From positions 281,491,071-281,555,070 of the forward strand of contig NC_058135.1 in assembly GCF_016433145.1 (NCBI RefSeq): a DNA stretch of 64,000 bases, read 5' to 3'. The notes under the pieces are model-generated. The model saw only the letters and a program-made list of their open reading frames with translations, was not told the origin of the DNA and did no database searches. Source of the DNA: Gracilinanus agilis (Eukaryota). The position numbers were made by a program, and so were the translations under genes. Numbering within the stretch: the stretch's first letter is position 1; each line of letters starts with the position of its first letter. This document shows positions 1-11,464 of the stretch, in pieces.

Positions 1-2554
1 TATATATATTTTTTTTTTTTTTTTTTTTTTTCATGTTATCTCACTCACCAGATTGTAAATTACTTGAAGGCAGGGACTGTCTGCCTCTTTTTTGTATTCA
101 CAGCACTTAGCAGAGTCCCTGGAACCCTGTAGATGCTTAATAAATGTGGGAGATCTTTTGTCCACACTTATTTTCTGGACCCTGTTTAGAGAAAGTCCTT
201 GTAACAGTGGCATGCTCTCAGGTCAGTCCCTGGAGAAAGAGTTAACTGCAATGATAGATAACTAGAAGTGATGCAGTCAATATAAGAAGCTGTTTGCAAG
301 CAAGGCAGCCATAGTCCATGGGACACTGGTACAGGATCCAGTTGTGAAAAGGATTACCCTTGGTCTAGGTGCTTCTTTTTTTACTCCTATCAAGTTTAGC
401 TATTTTTAGTACAGCTAATTTTTTATGTCAGACTCTGGGTTTTTCTCGGCAGAGATACTGGAGTGATTTGCCATTTTCTTCTCTCATTCATTTTCTAAAT
501 GAGGAAATTGAGTCAGAGTTAAGTGACTTGCCCATGATCTCATAGCCAGTAAGTATCTGAGTGGAATCTGAATTTAGGTCTTTCTGACTCCTTTATGATT
601 CATTAGACACCTAGCTGCTGCTCCAGATCTTTTTGTTGTTGTTGCTCAGTTGTTTCCATTCATGTCTGACACTTGGCGACCCCATTTTGGTTTGTCATGG
701 CTGGAATGATTTGTTATTTCCTTCTCCAGCTCATTTAACAGAAGAGAAAACTGAGGCAAAAGGTTAAGTGACTTGTTCAGGGTCACATAGCTAGTAAATG
801 TCTGAAGCTAGATTTGAACTTAGGAAGAGGAGTCTTCTTGACAACAGGCCTAGTACTCTATCCACTTACTCACTACCTGCCTCAGATCTTTTTACTAGAC
901 TAAAGTTTGTTTTCTCTCTCAATCCAAGCAGAGCTTACTCTTTATTTGGTTGCCTGAAATGAATGAAAAAAAAAAAAGAAGCATTTTAAGTGCTAATAAT
1001 TGTGGAAGAAAATTCTATATTCTTGAAGTTTAGATATAAACCTACCAGAAAAGAAAAAAATTTAAAATTTAATCTAAGCATTTCTGCTTATAGAACAAAA
1101 GATGGACAGAGCTCGCCCCAACCCCATTTTTCTGAAGCCCATTTTCAGGTTATGGTGGTATTCTTAAAACAAACAGATAATTTCATAATAAGATAAAACA
1201 TAGTTGCAGTGCTCATTTCAGTTACTGTTCACTTCATTTTTTAAAAGATCTTTACCTTCTGTCTTAGAATTGATACTAAATATCTGTTCCCAGGCAGAAG
1301 AGAGGCAAGGACCAGGCAATTGTGGGTAACTGATTTGCTCAGGAAGTGTCCGAGGCAAGATTTGAACTCAGGACCTCCCATCCTGAGTTCAAACCTCAAC
1401 ATTTGCTCCATTAAAAAGTAGTAATCAATTAACTTTTGGTGCGACACATCTTTGGAAAATAATTTTCCTAAAGCCAATCCCCCTTTGACCATTCTGTGTA
1501 AGAATTTTCCTTTCCAGTTGGGTAACTGTGAAGTCAAGAGATGTTTCCATTAACTCAAGTAATTGTAGAAACTTCTTTGTCTTCTAATACTCTGATAATT
1601 AACCTAATCTAGTCAAGCCAAATCAGTCAAAGACTCTTTGTCTTTGTCCAGTCACCATCCTAATTACTTTAGGGAGGAGTCCTTTCTTGGCAAATCTGGA
1701 GAGATGAAAATAGGACATTGTATAGCTAAAGAAAGACTCATTAAGAGTTTCTCTTTTAGTTTAGTCCAAAGTTTTAAGATGAGGACAATTGCAAAATGCT
1801 TTCTTAATATTTCTAAAAGAAGGAGCAGGGTGGCTTTAGTTAGCTTCCATATTATCTGCAAAGTGTCGCTAAACTCTGGGGGGATGATCACTTTTTAATA
1901 TAAAAACACCATTAAATGGACATAGACATGGGATGGACAACATGCTACCACAAGGGAGCAGTCTTTTGCTATGAATCAATTTTTGACATCAACAAGGTGT
2001 CCTGAATTACAGAACCAAATTCCACAGTGGAAATGAACTGACTTCATCAAAAGTGTCTAGCCCTCCTTAAGAGAAACATGTATTTTTCTGATAACCTTTT
2101 TCTTCTGAACTGACAATATGCTAGATTTGTCCCTTCCCTTCCCTCTCCCCCCAGGTCAAGCTGTTATTTTTTTTTTTTTTTTAACTTTACCTTGCAGAGT
2201 TACTACCCTTGTTTCAAACAAAAGCTCTGTATTTTTTTGGGGGGGGCGGGGAGTGAGGGGAAATAATCTAAAGCACTACATAAATACTACTACTACTTAT
2301 TATTATTATTATTTAGTGCTTTAAATTTTGTCAATTGCTTTCAAATCTGACAACTTTGGGAGGGAGGTGCTAAGTTGAGGAAACTGAGGTAGAGCTGAGA
2401 TTGCCCACGGCCATACAACTATTAAGTGTTTAAGGCAAGATTTGAACTTTGGTCTTCCTGACTCTCTGGATCCAGGACTCCATTAACAGGAAGTCAAGCA
2501 ATTGATCAATGCATTTTTTTTTTTATTTCTGTGGGATCATTGCTCATTTTTTTG

Positions 2555-2825
2555 TTAATTTAAAGATATTTTATTTTCCAAATTACATGTAATAACAGTT
2601 TTCCACATACATTTCCCAAATTATAATATCCAAATTGTCTCCTTTCCTCCCCTCTCAGAGATGGAAGTATTTTGATCAAGATTATACATATATTATCAAG
2701 CAAATAAAACCATAAATACATTGATGTGAAAGATGGTCTACTTTGATCAGCATCCATCTGATTCCAATGCTTCTTCCTCTGGAGGTGGATAGCATTCTTT
2801 GTCATAAGTTCTTCAGAATTGATTG
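2555..2825 (-). mobile_element. L1 3' end fragment downstream of the CBLIF stop codon
   Basis: Resembles the marsupial L1 3' UTRs elsewhere in the window (ttatgacaaagaatgctatccacctccaga... on minus) and ends in AATAAA plus an A-rich tail. Confidence 0.7.
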
Positions 2826-2934
2826 CTGACTTTTGTAAGGGCAGGAACAGGTTACCTACATGTTGTTGACATAGATCTGACCTACTTCTTCCCCGGGAAA
2901 AGATGATAAAAAAGTTAACAGTGCAGATGTCATC

Positions 2935-2996
2935 TTAGTACTGTGTGAAGTTGGCTGTGATGTGTTCATTATCATAGGGGACGTAGTAGCTAACTC
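2935..2996 (-). CDS. CBLIF: Gastric intrinsic factor last coding exon (human exon 9 equivalent)
   Basis: ccacag|GAGTTAGC...CAGTACTAA, 62 coding bp. Encodes GVSYYVPYDNEHITANFTQY-stop; human IF ends in HEHITANFTQY. Confidence 0.97.
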
Positions 2997-3697
2997 CTGT
3001 GGAAGGAAAAAACCCAAGAAAGAATTGAGGTAAAAACTGTTTGTGTAACTCTCATGCACAAAGAATGTGCCTTTTAGAGAGGGTGATCCAAATAGTCTTT
3101 AGTGCAGTTTTCAGCTCTTAATAGCTTAAGACTACACTAAGACTTTTGGGACATCCAGTATTTTTTCTTTTTTTTTTTAGAGGCAAACAAGATTAAGAGA
3201 TCTGCATAGGGTCATATAGCTAGCAAGTGGCTGAGAGTGAATTTGAACTCAGGTCTTCCTGACTTCAAGCCGAGCACTTTATTGATTGCCAACTTTTGAG
3301 TTGGACATCCAGCATTTTCAAGGAGGAATGAACATCGCATCATCATTTTTTTTTTTTAACCCCCGACTTTCTGTCTTAGTAACTCAGGGCAAAGGTTAGG
3401 CAAATGGGGTTAAGAGACTTGCCCAGGGTCACATAGCCCCTATGCTGTTATTGAACAAACACTTTTAGAAAAGACCAATGCTATTTAGCTCAATGATAAA
3501 GCCAGTGTGTTCTTCCATACACTTTGGGGCTAGGAATTACCCCCCCCCCCCCGGCGCCTTGTTTATGGGAGTATATCCAGGGATTTTCCATAAGGCTAGG
3601 GAAAAAACCAACAACCATAAGTCCCTTTGCCCCATCTCCCACCTCCAGCTGGTTCTGCTTTGCCATTATTCTCAGACTCCCCACACAACACACCCAC

Positions 3698-3816
3698 CTT
3701 GGTCCAAAGGAATTTTGCCACTAAGAAATTGCCAGTAGGTCCTGTGGTTTTCCACCTCATAAATGTTGTTGATGGAGGTGACATAAAGGCCCCAGGATGT
3801 CATTTTGTATTCAAAT
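3698..3816 (-). CDS. CBLIF: Gastric intrinsic factor exon (human exon 8 equivalent)
   Basis: ttacag|ATTTGA...ACCAAG|gtgggt, 119 bp. Encodes [39 protein letters not shown]. Missed by the ORF track; frame continues from exon 7. Confidence 0.97.
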
Positions 3817-3977
3817 CTGTAAGGAAGATGAGACCTCAGATGATTATACATTGCAGGATTAGTCGTAGAAGTAAGGCCATAGAAGAAACACAGATGGATT
3901 CTAAATAGTGTGGAGATATTTCATTGTGACTGCCTGACAAAGTCATAGATCCTTCATATAGAGTGGATGATCTCTGG

Positions 3978-4235
3978 GGAGGCTGGGTGGTGCAGTGGAG
4001 AGAGCACTGGGCTTGGAACCAGGAAGATCTGAGTTCAAATGTGACCTCAGATGCTTATTAGCTATGTGACCTTGGAGCAGTTAGTCAATCCCTATTTGCC
4101 TCAGTTCCTCATCTGTCAAATGGGGACACACTGGAGAAGGAAATGGCAAACCACTTCAATATCTTTGCTGAGAAAACTCCATTGACAAAAGCCCCTGAGG
4201 TCATGTAGAGTTGGACACAGCTCAGCAACAACATG
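3978..4235 (+). mobile_element. Mar1/MIR-family CORE-SINE (similar copies at ~640-890 minus, ~5245-5490 minus, ~26900-27125 plus, ~53370-53630 plus)
   Basis: tRNA head, CORE (cctcagttcctcatctgt) and ggagaaggaaatggcaaaccac tail. Confidence 0.85.
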
Positions 4236-4249
4236 GATAATTTTTAGGT

Positions 4250-4470
4250 CAGTGGTTCTCAAACATTTTGGTTTCATAATTCCTTTATATTTTTAAAAAA
4301 TATTGACAACTTTCCAAAGAGCTTTTGTTTATGGGGTCACACTTATTATTTAATGTATTAGTGATTAAAATGTCTTAATATTATTAAGAAAATAGTTTTG
4401 ACCTCAAGGACTCCCTGAAAGGGTCTTGGGGACTCCCACTAGTCCCTAGGACCCGTGCTCCTCTAACTGA
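4250..4470 (+). mobile_element. Old Charlie1/MER5-like DNA transposon fragment
   Basis: Starts CAGTGGTTCTCAAAC; right end degraded. Confidence 0.55.
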
Positions 4471-5775
4471 TACGATTTGAAACCTCTGTGACTAGGCAGA
4501 TGGTCTTTTACAGAATGATGGGGTCTTCCTTGACCCCTGAACCACTAACGAACAAAAAGTCCTGTCTAGGCCATCTCATGGCAAGCCTCTCCGAGTAAAG
4601 GTAAAGGTATGGCAGACATATTGCCTATTACTTGGCCCATCCACAAAGCCTTTACAACTTGGTCAGCTCTGTTAGGGCTTATGGTGGAGACCCCAGAGAG
4701 AATCAAATTATTCAGGATTAATGGCAATGATATTTAGCTGTTTATAGTGCCTCAAGGTCTGTAAGACACTTTAACTTTGCCATCTTATTTGATCCTTACA
4801 AAAATCCCCTGAGGGAGGCAGTGCAAGTAGAATTGTTTTCTTTTATGAATGAAGAAAATGAATCTCAGAGGCTTGAGATGAGCATCACTCCTAGTCCTAA
4901 ATTCAGTGTTTTTCCCACCTCACCATGCTGCCTTGCTATACGGAATGTCTTCTGCTTTAGTAGCTTAAAACTGTCCTGAGACTTTGGGAAAGACCTATCT
5001 TTGATGACCTCATTATTATTCTATTCTACTTTGATTATTCTATTGATGTATTATTGTCTGATATCGACATATTGTTATCGATATGTTATAGTGAGTATAT
5101 TGATATCTGAGGCAATGGAGTATAGTATATCTCTACTATTATACTTACTACATCAGTGGAAATGATATTAAAGATGGCGTCTTAGGACTATCTGCTTAAC
5201 TTTTGTAGACTAAGGACCATGGTAGAGTGCGTGTCACAGTCCTTGTTCAGTTATTTTCAGTCATAACTGACTCTTTGTGACTCCATTTGGTGTTTTCTTG
5301 GCAAAGATAGTAGAGGGCTGTGCCACTTCCTTCTCCATTTCATTTGACACATGAGGAAACTGAGGCAAATAGGGTTAGATGATTTGCCTGGAGTCATACA
5401 GCTAATAAGTGTCTGAGGACAGATGTGAATTCAGGAAGATGAATCTTTCTGACTTGAGGTCCAGCACTCTATCCACTGAGCTACCTACCTGCTCTTCTTT
5501 GTCCATAGTAAATGCTTACTAAATGCTATTTCACTCATTCACTCACTCACTCACTCATTCATAATTGTGGGGCTTTGGGAAAGTCGCTTAAACTGTATGA
5601 GCCTTAGCAACTCCCTAGGAATCCTTTAAGTGTTTGGTTTTGCAGATTTCCTTTGCTGACCAACATCATATATCCTGGTAGTATATATTTGGTCAACATC
5701 ATCATTATTATTATTACTATTATTTAGGTATAAGTTGGACTAGATTTTTGAATTTCCTTCCAATGACTCAGATTC

Positions 5776-6134
5776 TGTAATGTTTTCACTTTCTGGAATG
5801 CCTTCCCCATTGGCCTAAATTTGGGGTTCATTAAGCTTTAATATTTAGATATATGATATAAACTTCCTGTAGATGTTTAGGGGACTTGGAAACTACATTT
5901 CCCATGATTCCTCTTATGACAGGAAGTGTGATTATGTAGACAGAGGTATAAGACTCCTGATAGAATTGGGAGAAGCTCTCTTTTCCTACGAAGCCCCCAG
6001 GCGGGCAGGAGGTAATGGCAGGCGATTTGAATTAGATCTTAGTAGGTGCGTGGCCTTCTTAATTACCAATATGGCTTTAAATAAAATATTAATACTTTTA
6101 TCTATATCCATCTATATCAACATTATTCATAACA
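5776..6134 (+). mobile_element. LTR-like element in CBLIF intron 7
   Basis: TG...CA, AATAAA near the end, ACTACATTTCCCATGATTCC motif; TSD not resolved. Confidence 0.5.
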
Positions 6135-6852
6135 CTGCTGTAAGGAGCTTTTTCAGATCATTTCAGCTCACAGTGACCTTTCCATCATCCAAAGTGCTCT
6201 GACTTTTCTTGCAGGCTTTTCATTTGTCACTTGTTCATTTATTGCCTTGTATTATGTCATGTTTTATCCAGGCTAGTCTCATGTCCCCAGTTCAATTGTA
6301 AATTCCTTGTATAGCAGGGACTATATCTTAATCCCCTCCAGCCCCCCAAAGGTCCTAGCACAGTCCTATAACCCTAGAAAATTAGAATTCATATCTTTTG
6401 CTGGCATTCAGAGAGAATGTCCAGGGCCTTCTGGGGGAATCATTAACCCCATCTTATAATGAATAATAAGAGAATTTGCATTATCTTTATCATCTATAAT
6501 ACCATTTTTTGGTATTTTCATCTTACCTTTCTTTCAAGGTAGTTCAATCTGTTTCATATTGACTCTCATTTCTTTCCTGTGAGGCTGGAGAGGACCAACC
6601 ATCACTACCCCTATTTGACTGAGGGAGAAGCTGAGGCCTGACTGGGCACATTGAGGATCATAGACCTTAAGGGACCTCAGAGGTCCTCTAGTCTGACCTT
6701 TTCATTTTACAGACAAGGGAACTGAGGCCCAAGAAGGCTAACTGTTATGTAGAAATTCTTAATAAAATGCAAACTTGTCCAATGAGTGATAAATGAGAGA
6801 AGAAAATGGCATCCAGGGAGGGTACTGAGAAGGCATTAAAGGCTTAACTCAC

Positions 6853-7054
6853 TTGAATGTTGGGTTTTTGCGCTGGGCTTCTTCTAAAACAGCAAGGAGA
6901 ACTGATCCCTTTTTCACGCTGACGGTCTCTGTTTCATTGAAGATCAGTTCCACCCCCCTCAGTTGGTTATTGATTGTGTAAGTCACTGTGATATTTGAAG
7001 CCGAAGTCGAGACAGGGCTAGAGTTCCTAGGTAGACTTTGTCTCACCTCTTGAT
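6853..7054 (-). CDS. CBLIF: Gastric intrinsic factor exon (human exon 7 equivalent; linker and start of beta domain)
   Basis: ctgcag|ATCAAG...ATTCAA|gtgagt, 202 bp. Encodes [68 protein letters not shown], close to human [26 protein letters not shown]. Confidence 0.97.
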
Positions 7055-7591
7055 CTGCAGAGTAAGGAGTTAGGCATTGTAAGAGTGTGGGGTTTCTGTG
7101 TGCAGAGGCTATCCTTTTCTGGCATCAAAAACTTCTCCAAAATAATTTTAAGAGGCAAGGAAGGGCCCGGATGGGCCCTCTGAATTATTCTAATGAAGTG
7201 TGACAGGTTAAGCTCTTGTTTTTTTATTCTTGCTAAGACAGAAAGTCTGGTAGAAGCTCTTTTGATTTCCCCCCTTGTTTTTATTTTTTAAAGAATGTTC
7301 AAACTGGGTGTGAGATCTTTTGTTCCTTTAGTATGTTTTGTAGACATAACTAGAACTTTCTCAGATGACTCTAGCAGTGCATCTATAAATCAAAGCATCA
7401 TCTCAATAGTTTGGAAAAACTCAGCTATCAAGTTTCAGAACAAATTGAAGGGATGTGGGGGAACAGGGTTGGAGGCATCCAGAATGTTCTAACAGTGATG
7501 CTGTGGCTACTTGGAGCCACACATATAATACATATATACGATATAGGCTTCTGTCCCTTTTGTACTGGTGAGGCAGCAGGTGCTGATTCTT

Positions 7592-7793
7592 TTTTTTTTA
7601 TTTTTTATTTTTTTTAAACCCTTAACTTCTGTGTATTGTCCATAGGTGGAAGAGTAGTAAGGGTGGGCAAGGGGGGGGGGTCAAGTGACTTGCCCAGGGT
7701 CACACAGCTGGGAAGTGGCTGAGGCTGGATTTGAACCCAGGACCTCCCGTCTCTAGGCCTGACTCACAATCCACTGAGCTACCCAGCTGCCCC
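7592..7793 (-). mobile_element. Young SINE1_Mdo-type tRNA-derived SINE in CBLIF intron 6
   Basis: Full head GGGGCAGCTGGGTAGCTCAGTGG on minus; 15-bp TSD caggtgctgattctt. Confidence 0.93.
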
Positions 7794-7900
7794 CAGGTGC
7801 TGATTCTTGAATGAGGAAGTGCATTGATTTTTCAGCTGCAGGGTCATGTTGCTAAGTGTGCAACCACAAGGACATCTCAATAGGAAAGGAGGGTGTAGAT

Positions 7901-8228
7901 CAGTGATGGGCAAACTTTTAAGCTTGGTGTGTCAAAATTCACCAAAAAACCAAGCATAACTCAGGTGGTCACCATAATTTCATGATATTTATGGTTTAAA
8001 TAACAAAAATGTATAATTGTAATATCTAACTGTATTTAATAAACCAAAATAGGTAAATTAATATAGGTAAAATTGTCGTTTATAGTGCACAGAGTGTCTA
8101 CACTACACTACAGCAAATATTTCCTCCTCTGCATGCGGCCCCAAACTTCTCTGTATGAAGCTGCATATGGCCGCATGCCATTGAAAATGGTTACGCGTGA
8201 CACGTGTGTCATAGGTTTACCATCACTG
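7901..8228 (+). mobile_element. hAT non-autonomous DNA transposon (MITE)
   Basis: TIRs CAGTGATGGGCAAAC...GTTTACCATCACTG; perfect 8-bp TSD gtgtagat. Confidence 0.92.
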
Positions 8229-8478
8229 GTGTAGATGGAGGTAACTGGCTTTTATATTATTAAGACTGGACATATAAGACTTTTAATTAGACTGTGAGCT
8301 CCTTGAGGGCGGGGACTGTTTTTTTTTTCTTTTTCTTTTTAAAAAATCTCTCTTTGTATCTCAGAGCTTAGCACAGTGCCCAGCATTTAGCTGGCTGTTT
8401 GACTATTTGACTTGAGGTCCGTTGGGGAGCTCCTAATTCTTGTTATGAAGGACCTTGGATCTTTAAAAGGATGCTTAC

Positions 8479-8647
8479 CAGTAGAACAGGCAACATCGGG
8501 CACGTCTAAATAAGTTTTGCCGTACAGGGAAGGAAGGATCTGGGCAATGGACATGGGGTTATCAAATCTATTTTGCTCAATCTCCTTGAGCAGTGTTTCC
8601 ATAGTCTTCCTGCAGTTCCACTTCTCTCCAGGTTGCACAGAGAGGGC
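8479..8647 (-). CDS. CBLIF: Gastric intrinsic factor, internal exon equivalent to human exon 6
   Basis: ttttcag|GCCCTC...CTACTG|gtaagc, 169 bp. Encodes [56 protein letters not shown], matching human IF ALSVT...WNCKKT...[26 protein letters not shown]. Phase is compatible with the next exon. Confidence 0.96.
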
Positions 8648-8761
8648 CTGAAAATGGAAGAAAAATATTGTAGAGCTAATATGGAGCACTAATAGGTCAT
8701 TTGCAAGGGAGGAGATTGTTTGATTCAATCAATCACTCCATTCCACTGAAAATAACTTACA

Positions 8762-8925
8762 GGTCTGGAGATGGGACGTCCTGGGTTCAAATATGGTTGC
8801 AGATATGTCCTAGCTGTGTGACCCTGGCCAAATCACTTAATCCCCATTGCCTGGCCCTCACCACTTTTCTGCCTTAGAACCAATACTTAGTATTGACTCT
8901 AAGGCAGAAGGTAAAGGTTAAAAAG
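8762..8925 (+). mobile_element. Older SINE1_Mdo-type SINE, 5'-truncated
   Basis: Core and tail ccattgcctggccctcaccacttttctgccttagaaccaatac... Confidence 0.8.
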
Positions 8926-9034
8926 AATAGAGTAACTTACAAGAAACTTTAGCCATTATACCTTTATCTGGTAAGAAAAACTCTATTAAATCAATAAGCA
9001 CTTATATTGATCTACCGTATGCCTTATCACAACT

Positions 9035-9695
9035 TGTGAATCTTCCATAAAATGGCAAGCCAGATCATATCCCAGCTTTGCAGTATCAGACTAGGAGTTC
9101 CAGTTGAGCCCCCGAGAAGGAACTGTTTGTGCATTATGGTAGGGAAAAGGACCTGTGTCTCTCCTTTCCTACTTCCTTGACCACAACGTGACCTTATGGA
9201 CTTTGTGGACTGGAATATTTGGACTTCTCATTGGTGTCTGAGGATGAATTAGGCATCCTGAGAAAAGGCAGCATCAGAACCTTAGAGAAAGTTTCACTAT
9301 ATACCCATGGAGACTCCACAAAAAGAGGAAGGGACTTCCCACCACCAGGAGCTTTGCCACATGTATTCTTCAAGTCTGAGCCCAACTTTATCTTGACTCT
9401 ATATGTCCTTGGGGTAGAATTTTATCTCAGTTTGGGAGTGGGGAATGTCTGTACCAATCATTCTTACTATGCTACTTTAGTAAGAATTTGTTTCATAGCT
9501 AATTAAGTCTGACTGGGATAATTGATATCGATAGGGGTAATTCGCCAGTGGGGGCTCATGAACTAAAGTATTAGACCCCTGTCTCTCTACCCAGCCTGTC
9601 ATGGGTAATACCTTGAATCCTGAAGGGAGAAGAAGCCAGTAGCTTGCCAGTGCAAGCTGGGGATGGTAGAGTAGCCACAGAGCATGTGCTACACA
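9035..9695 (+). mobile_element. LTR-like element in the CBLIF upstream intron
   Basis: GC-richer island with LTR-like 3' end ending in aca; TSD not resolved. Confidence 0.4.
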
Positions 9696-10428
9696 CATAT
9701 AGCAGAGACAGTCATTAGCGAATGTTTGTCTATATCTCAGAGATACTCTGCCTCCAGTGATGTCCCCTTTTCTTATAGAGATCCTAATCCTGTGGGAATA
9801 CTCTAATACTCAAGGGTTTATGATTTTTGTCATAGACTGATGAAGATTATGACCCTCTGTGACTTAATAGATAGTTGTTTAGAGTTTTTGGAATCAGTTT
9901 CTACCTTCCCTGTCCTCCAGAAAGAAAAATCATCCTGTCTGCATGATACGCTTTCCGAACATAGCTAAAAGTGGGCACCTCTGGTATAGTATCGTAAATA
10001 TAGAGCTGGAAGGGACCTTAGAAGTCATCAAGGCCAGCCTCCTCATTTTACAGATGCAGAAATTGAGGCCTATCCAAGTTAAGTTATTTACCCATGATCC
10101 CAAAAGTAGCATCAGAGGTGGGATTTGAACCTATGTCTCCTGACTAAAACCAGTGTTGATTTCTCTGCAACATGCTGCCTCAATCAAGATATTTGGATGT
10201 TAGTCTTATGGAAGAAAAGCAAAGAATAGCAGGCCCTTTCATACACTCTTCCTTTGTGGGAGAGTCTGGAACAGAGTTACTTGGACATGATGATACAGCC
10301 AAGGATGTCTTAACCCAGTAAGGGAGGTAGGAGGTCATCAAAAAACTAACCTTAGCTGGCATCACCATCACACTTATCCTATGCCCTCATGGCCTTCTTT
10401 TCCATCTAATATTCTTCCCCAAACAGAA

Positions 10429-10793
10429 TGTGAAGTTCTTGATTCAGATAACTCATATGAGAGCACATGAGGTTGGAAGCTTGCCCTTCCTGTACTTTTC
10501 CTGATGTAATCCTTGTGTGACCCTTGCAGAGATCCATCTTGCCCTAGGCACAGATCTCAGACCAAAGTTTAGGCTACAGATGAGCCAGCCAGCTTCATAT
10601 TTGATCCAAGGACTCACTCAGCCTTTCATTCTACCCATAAATCCCTCCCTCTGCTTAGTCACTGTGCTCGCTTTCCAAGGACTCTAATGACTCACCTATC
10701 TTTGTCTACACAGCTGACAAACTCGCATGTACTCGGTGTAGATATTCCCTTTGCTATTCAAACTCTTCAATAAACTTCAACCTCTAAAATACT

Positions 10794-10800
<7 letters not shown>
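10429..10800 (+). mobile_element. LTR-like element truncated at the (TC)n tract and gap
   Basis: TATA-like ataaat, then AATAAA, then (TC)n. Confidence 0.4.

Positions 10801-10850
<50 letters not shown>
10791..10850 (+). repeat. (TC)n microsatellite, also at 11365-11427
   Basis: Direct observation. Confidence 0.95.
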
Positions 10851-10856
<6 letters not shown>

Positions 10857-10864
10857 TATACACA
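10849..10864 (+). other. Nextera/Tn5 mosaic-end adapter remnant
   Basis: ctgtctcttatacaca equals the first 16 nt of CTGTCTCTTATACACATCT and sits directly at the contig end. Confidence 0.85.
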
Positions 10865-11364
10865 NNNNNNNNNNNNNNNNNNNNNNNNNNNNNNNNNNNN
10901 NNNNNNNNNNNNNNNNNNNNNNNNNNNNNNNNNNNNNNNNNNNNNNNNNNNNNNNNNNNNNNNNNNNNNNNNNNNNNNNNNNNNNNNNNNNNNNNNNNNN
11001 NNNNNNNNNNNNNNNNNNNNNNNNNNNNNNNNNNNNNNNNNNNNNNNNNNNNNNNNNNNNNNNNNNNNNNNNNNNNNNNNNNNNNNNNNNNNNNNNNNNN
11101 NNNNNNNNNNNNNNNNNNNNNNNNNNNNNNNNNNNNNNNNNNNNNNNNNNNNNNNNNNNNNNNNNNNNNNNNNNNNNNNNNNNNNNNNNNNNNNNNNNNN
11201 NNNNNNNNNNNNNNNNNNNNNNNNNNNNNNNNNNNNNNNNNNNNNNNNNNNNNNNNNNNNNNNNNNNNNNNNNNNNNNNNNNNNNNNNNNNNNNNNNNNN
11301 NNNNNNNNNNNNNNNNNNNNNNNNNNNNNNNNNNNNNNNNNNNNNNNNNNNNNNNNNNNNNNNN
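10865..11364. other. 500-N scaffold gap flanked by (TC)n on both sides
   Basis: Exactly 500 N, suggesting a fixed-size placeholder rather than a measured gap. Confidence 0.95.
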
Positions 11365-11407
<43 letters not shown>

Positions 11408-11464
11408 CTCTCTCTCTCTCTCTCTTTCATAAATATAGATATGGATATAGATTCCCCCCCTTAC

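Noticed and set aside
1664-1891. 75-aa minus-strand ORF, with an FADN string in a neighbouring frame
   Set aside because: No other reverse-transcriptase motifs or splice structure; cannot be supported as a gene.
9610-9700. Minus-strand peptide SVATLPSPACTGKLLASSPFRIQ followed by G|gt, resembling human IF exon 4 (SEATLP...KTLLANSSPFNV)
   Set aside because: The match is short and gapped, has in-frame stops upstream and no good acceptor. No exon 5 was found between it and exon 6, and it lies in an LTR-like element. Probably chance; a tBLASTn with marsupial IF would settle it.
10230-10330. Minus-strand TSLAVSSC resembling IF exon 3 (IMALTSSC)
   Set aside because: Only a few residues match, with no splice-site or length agreement.
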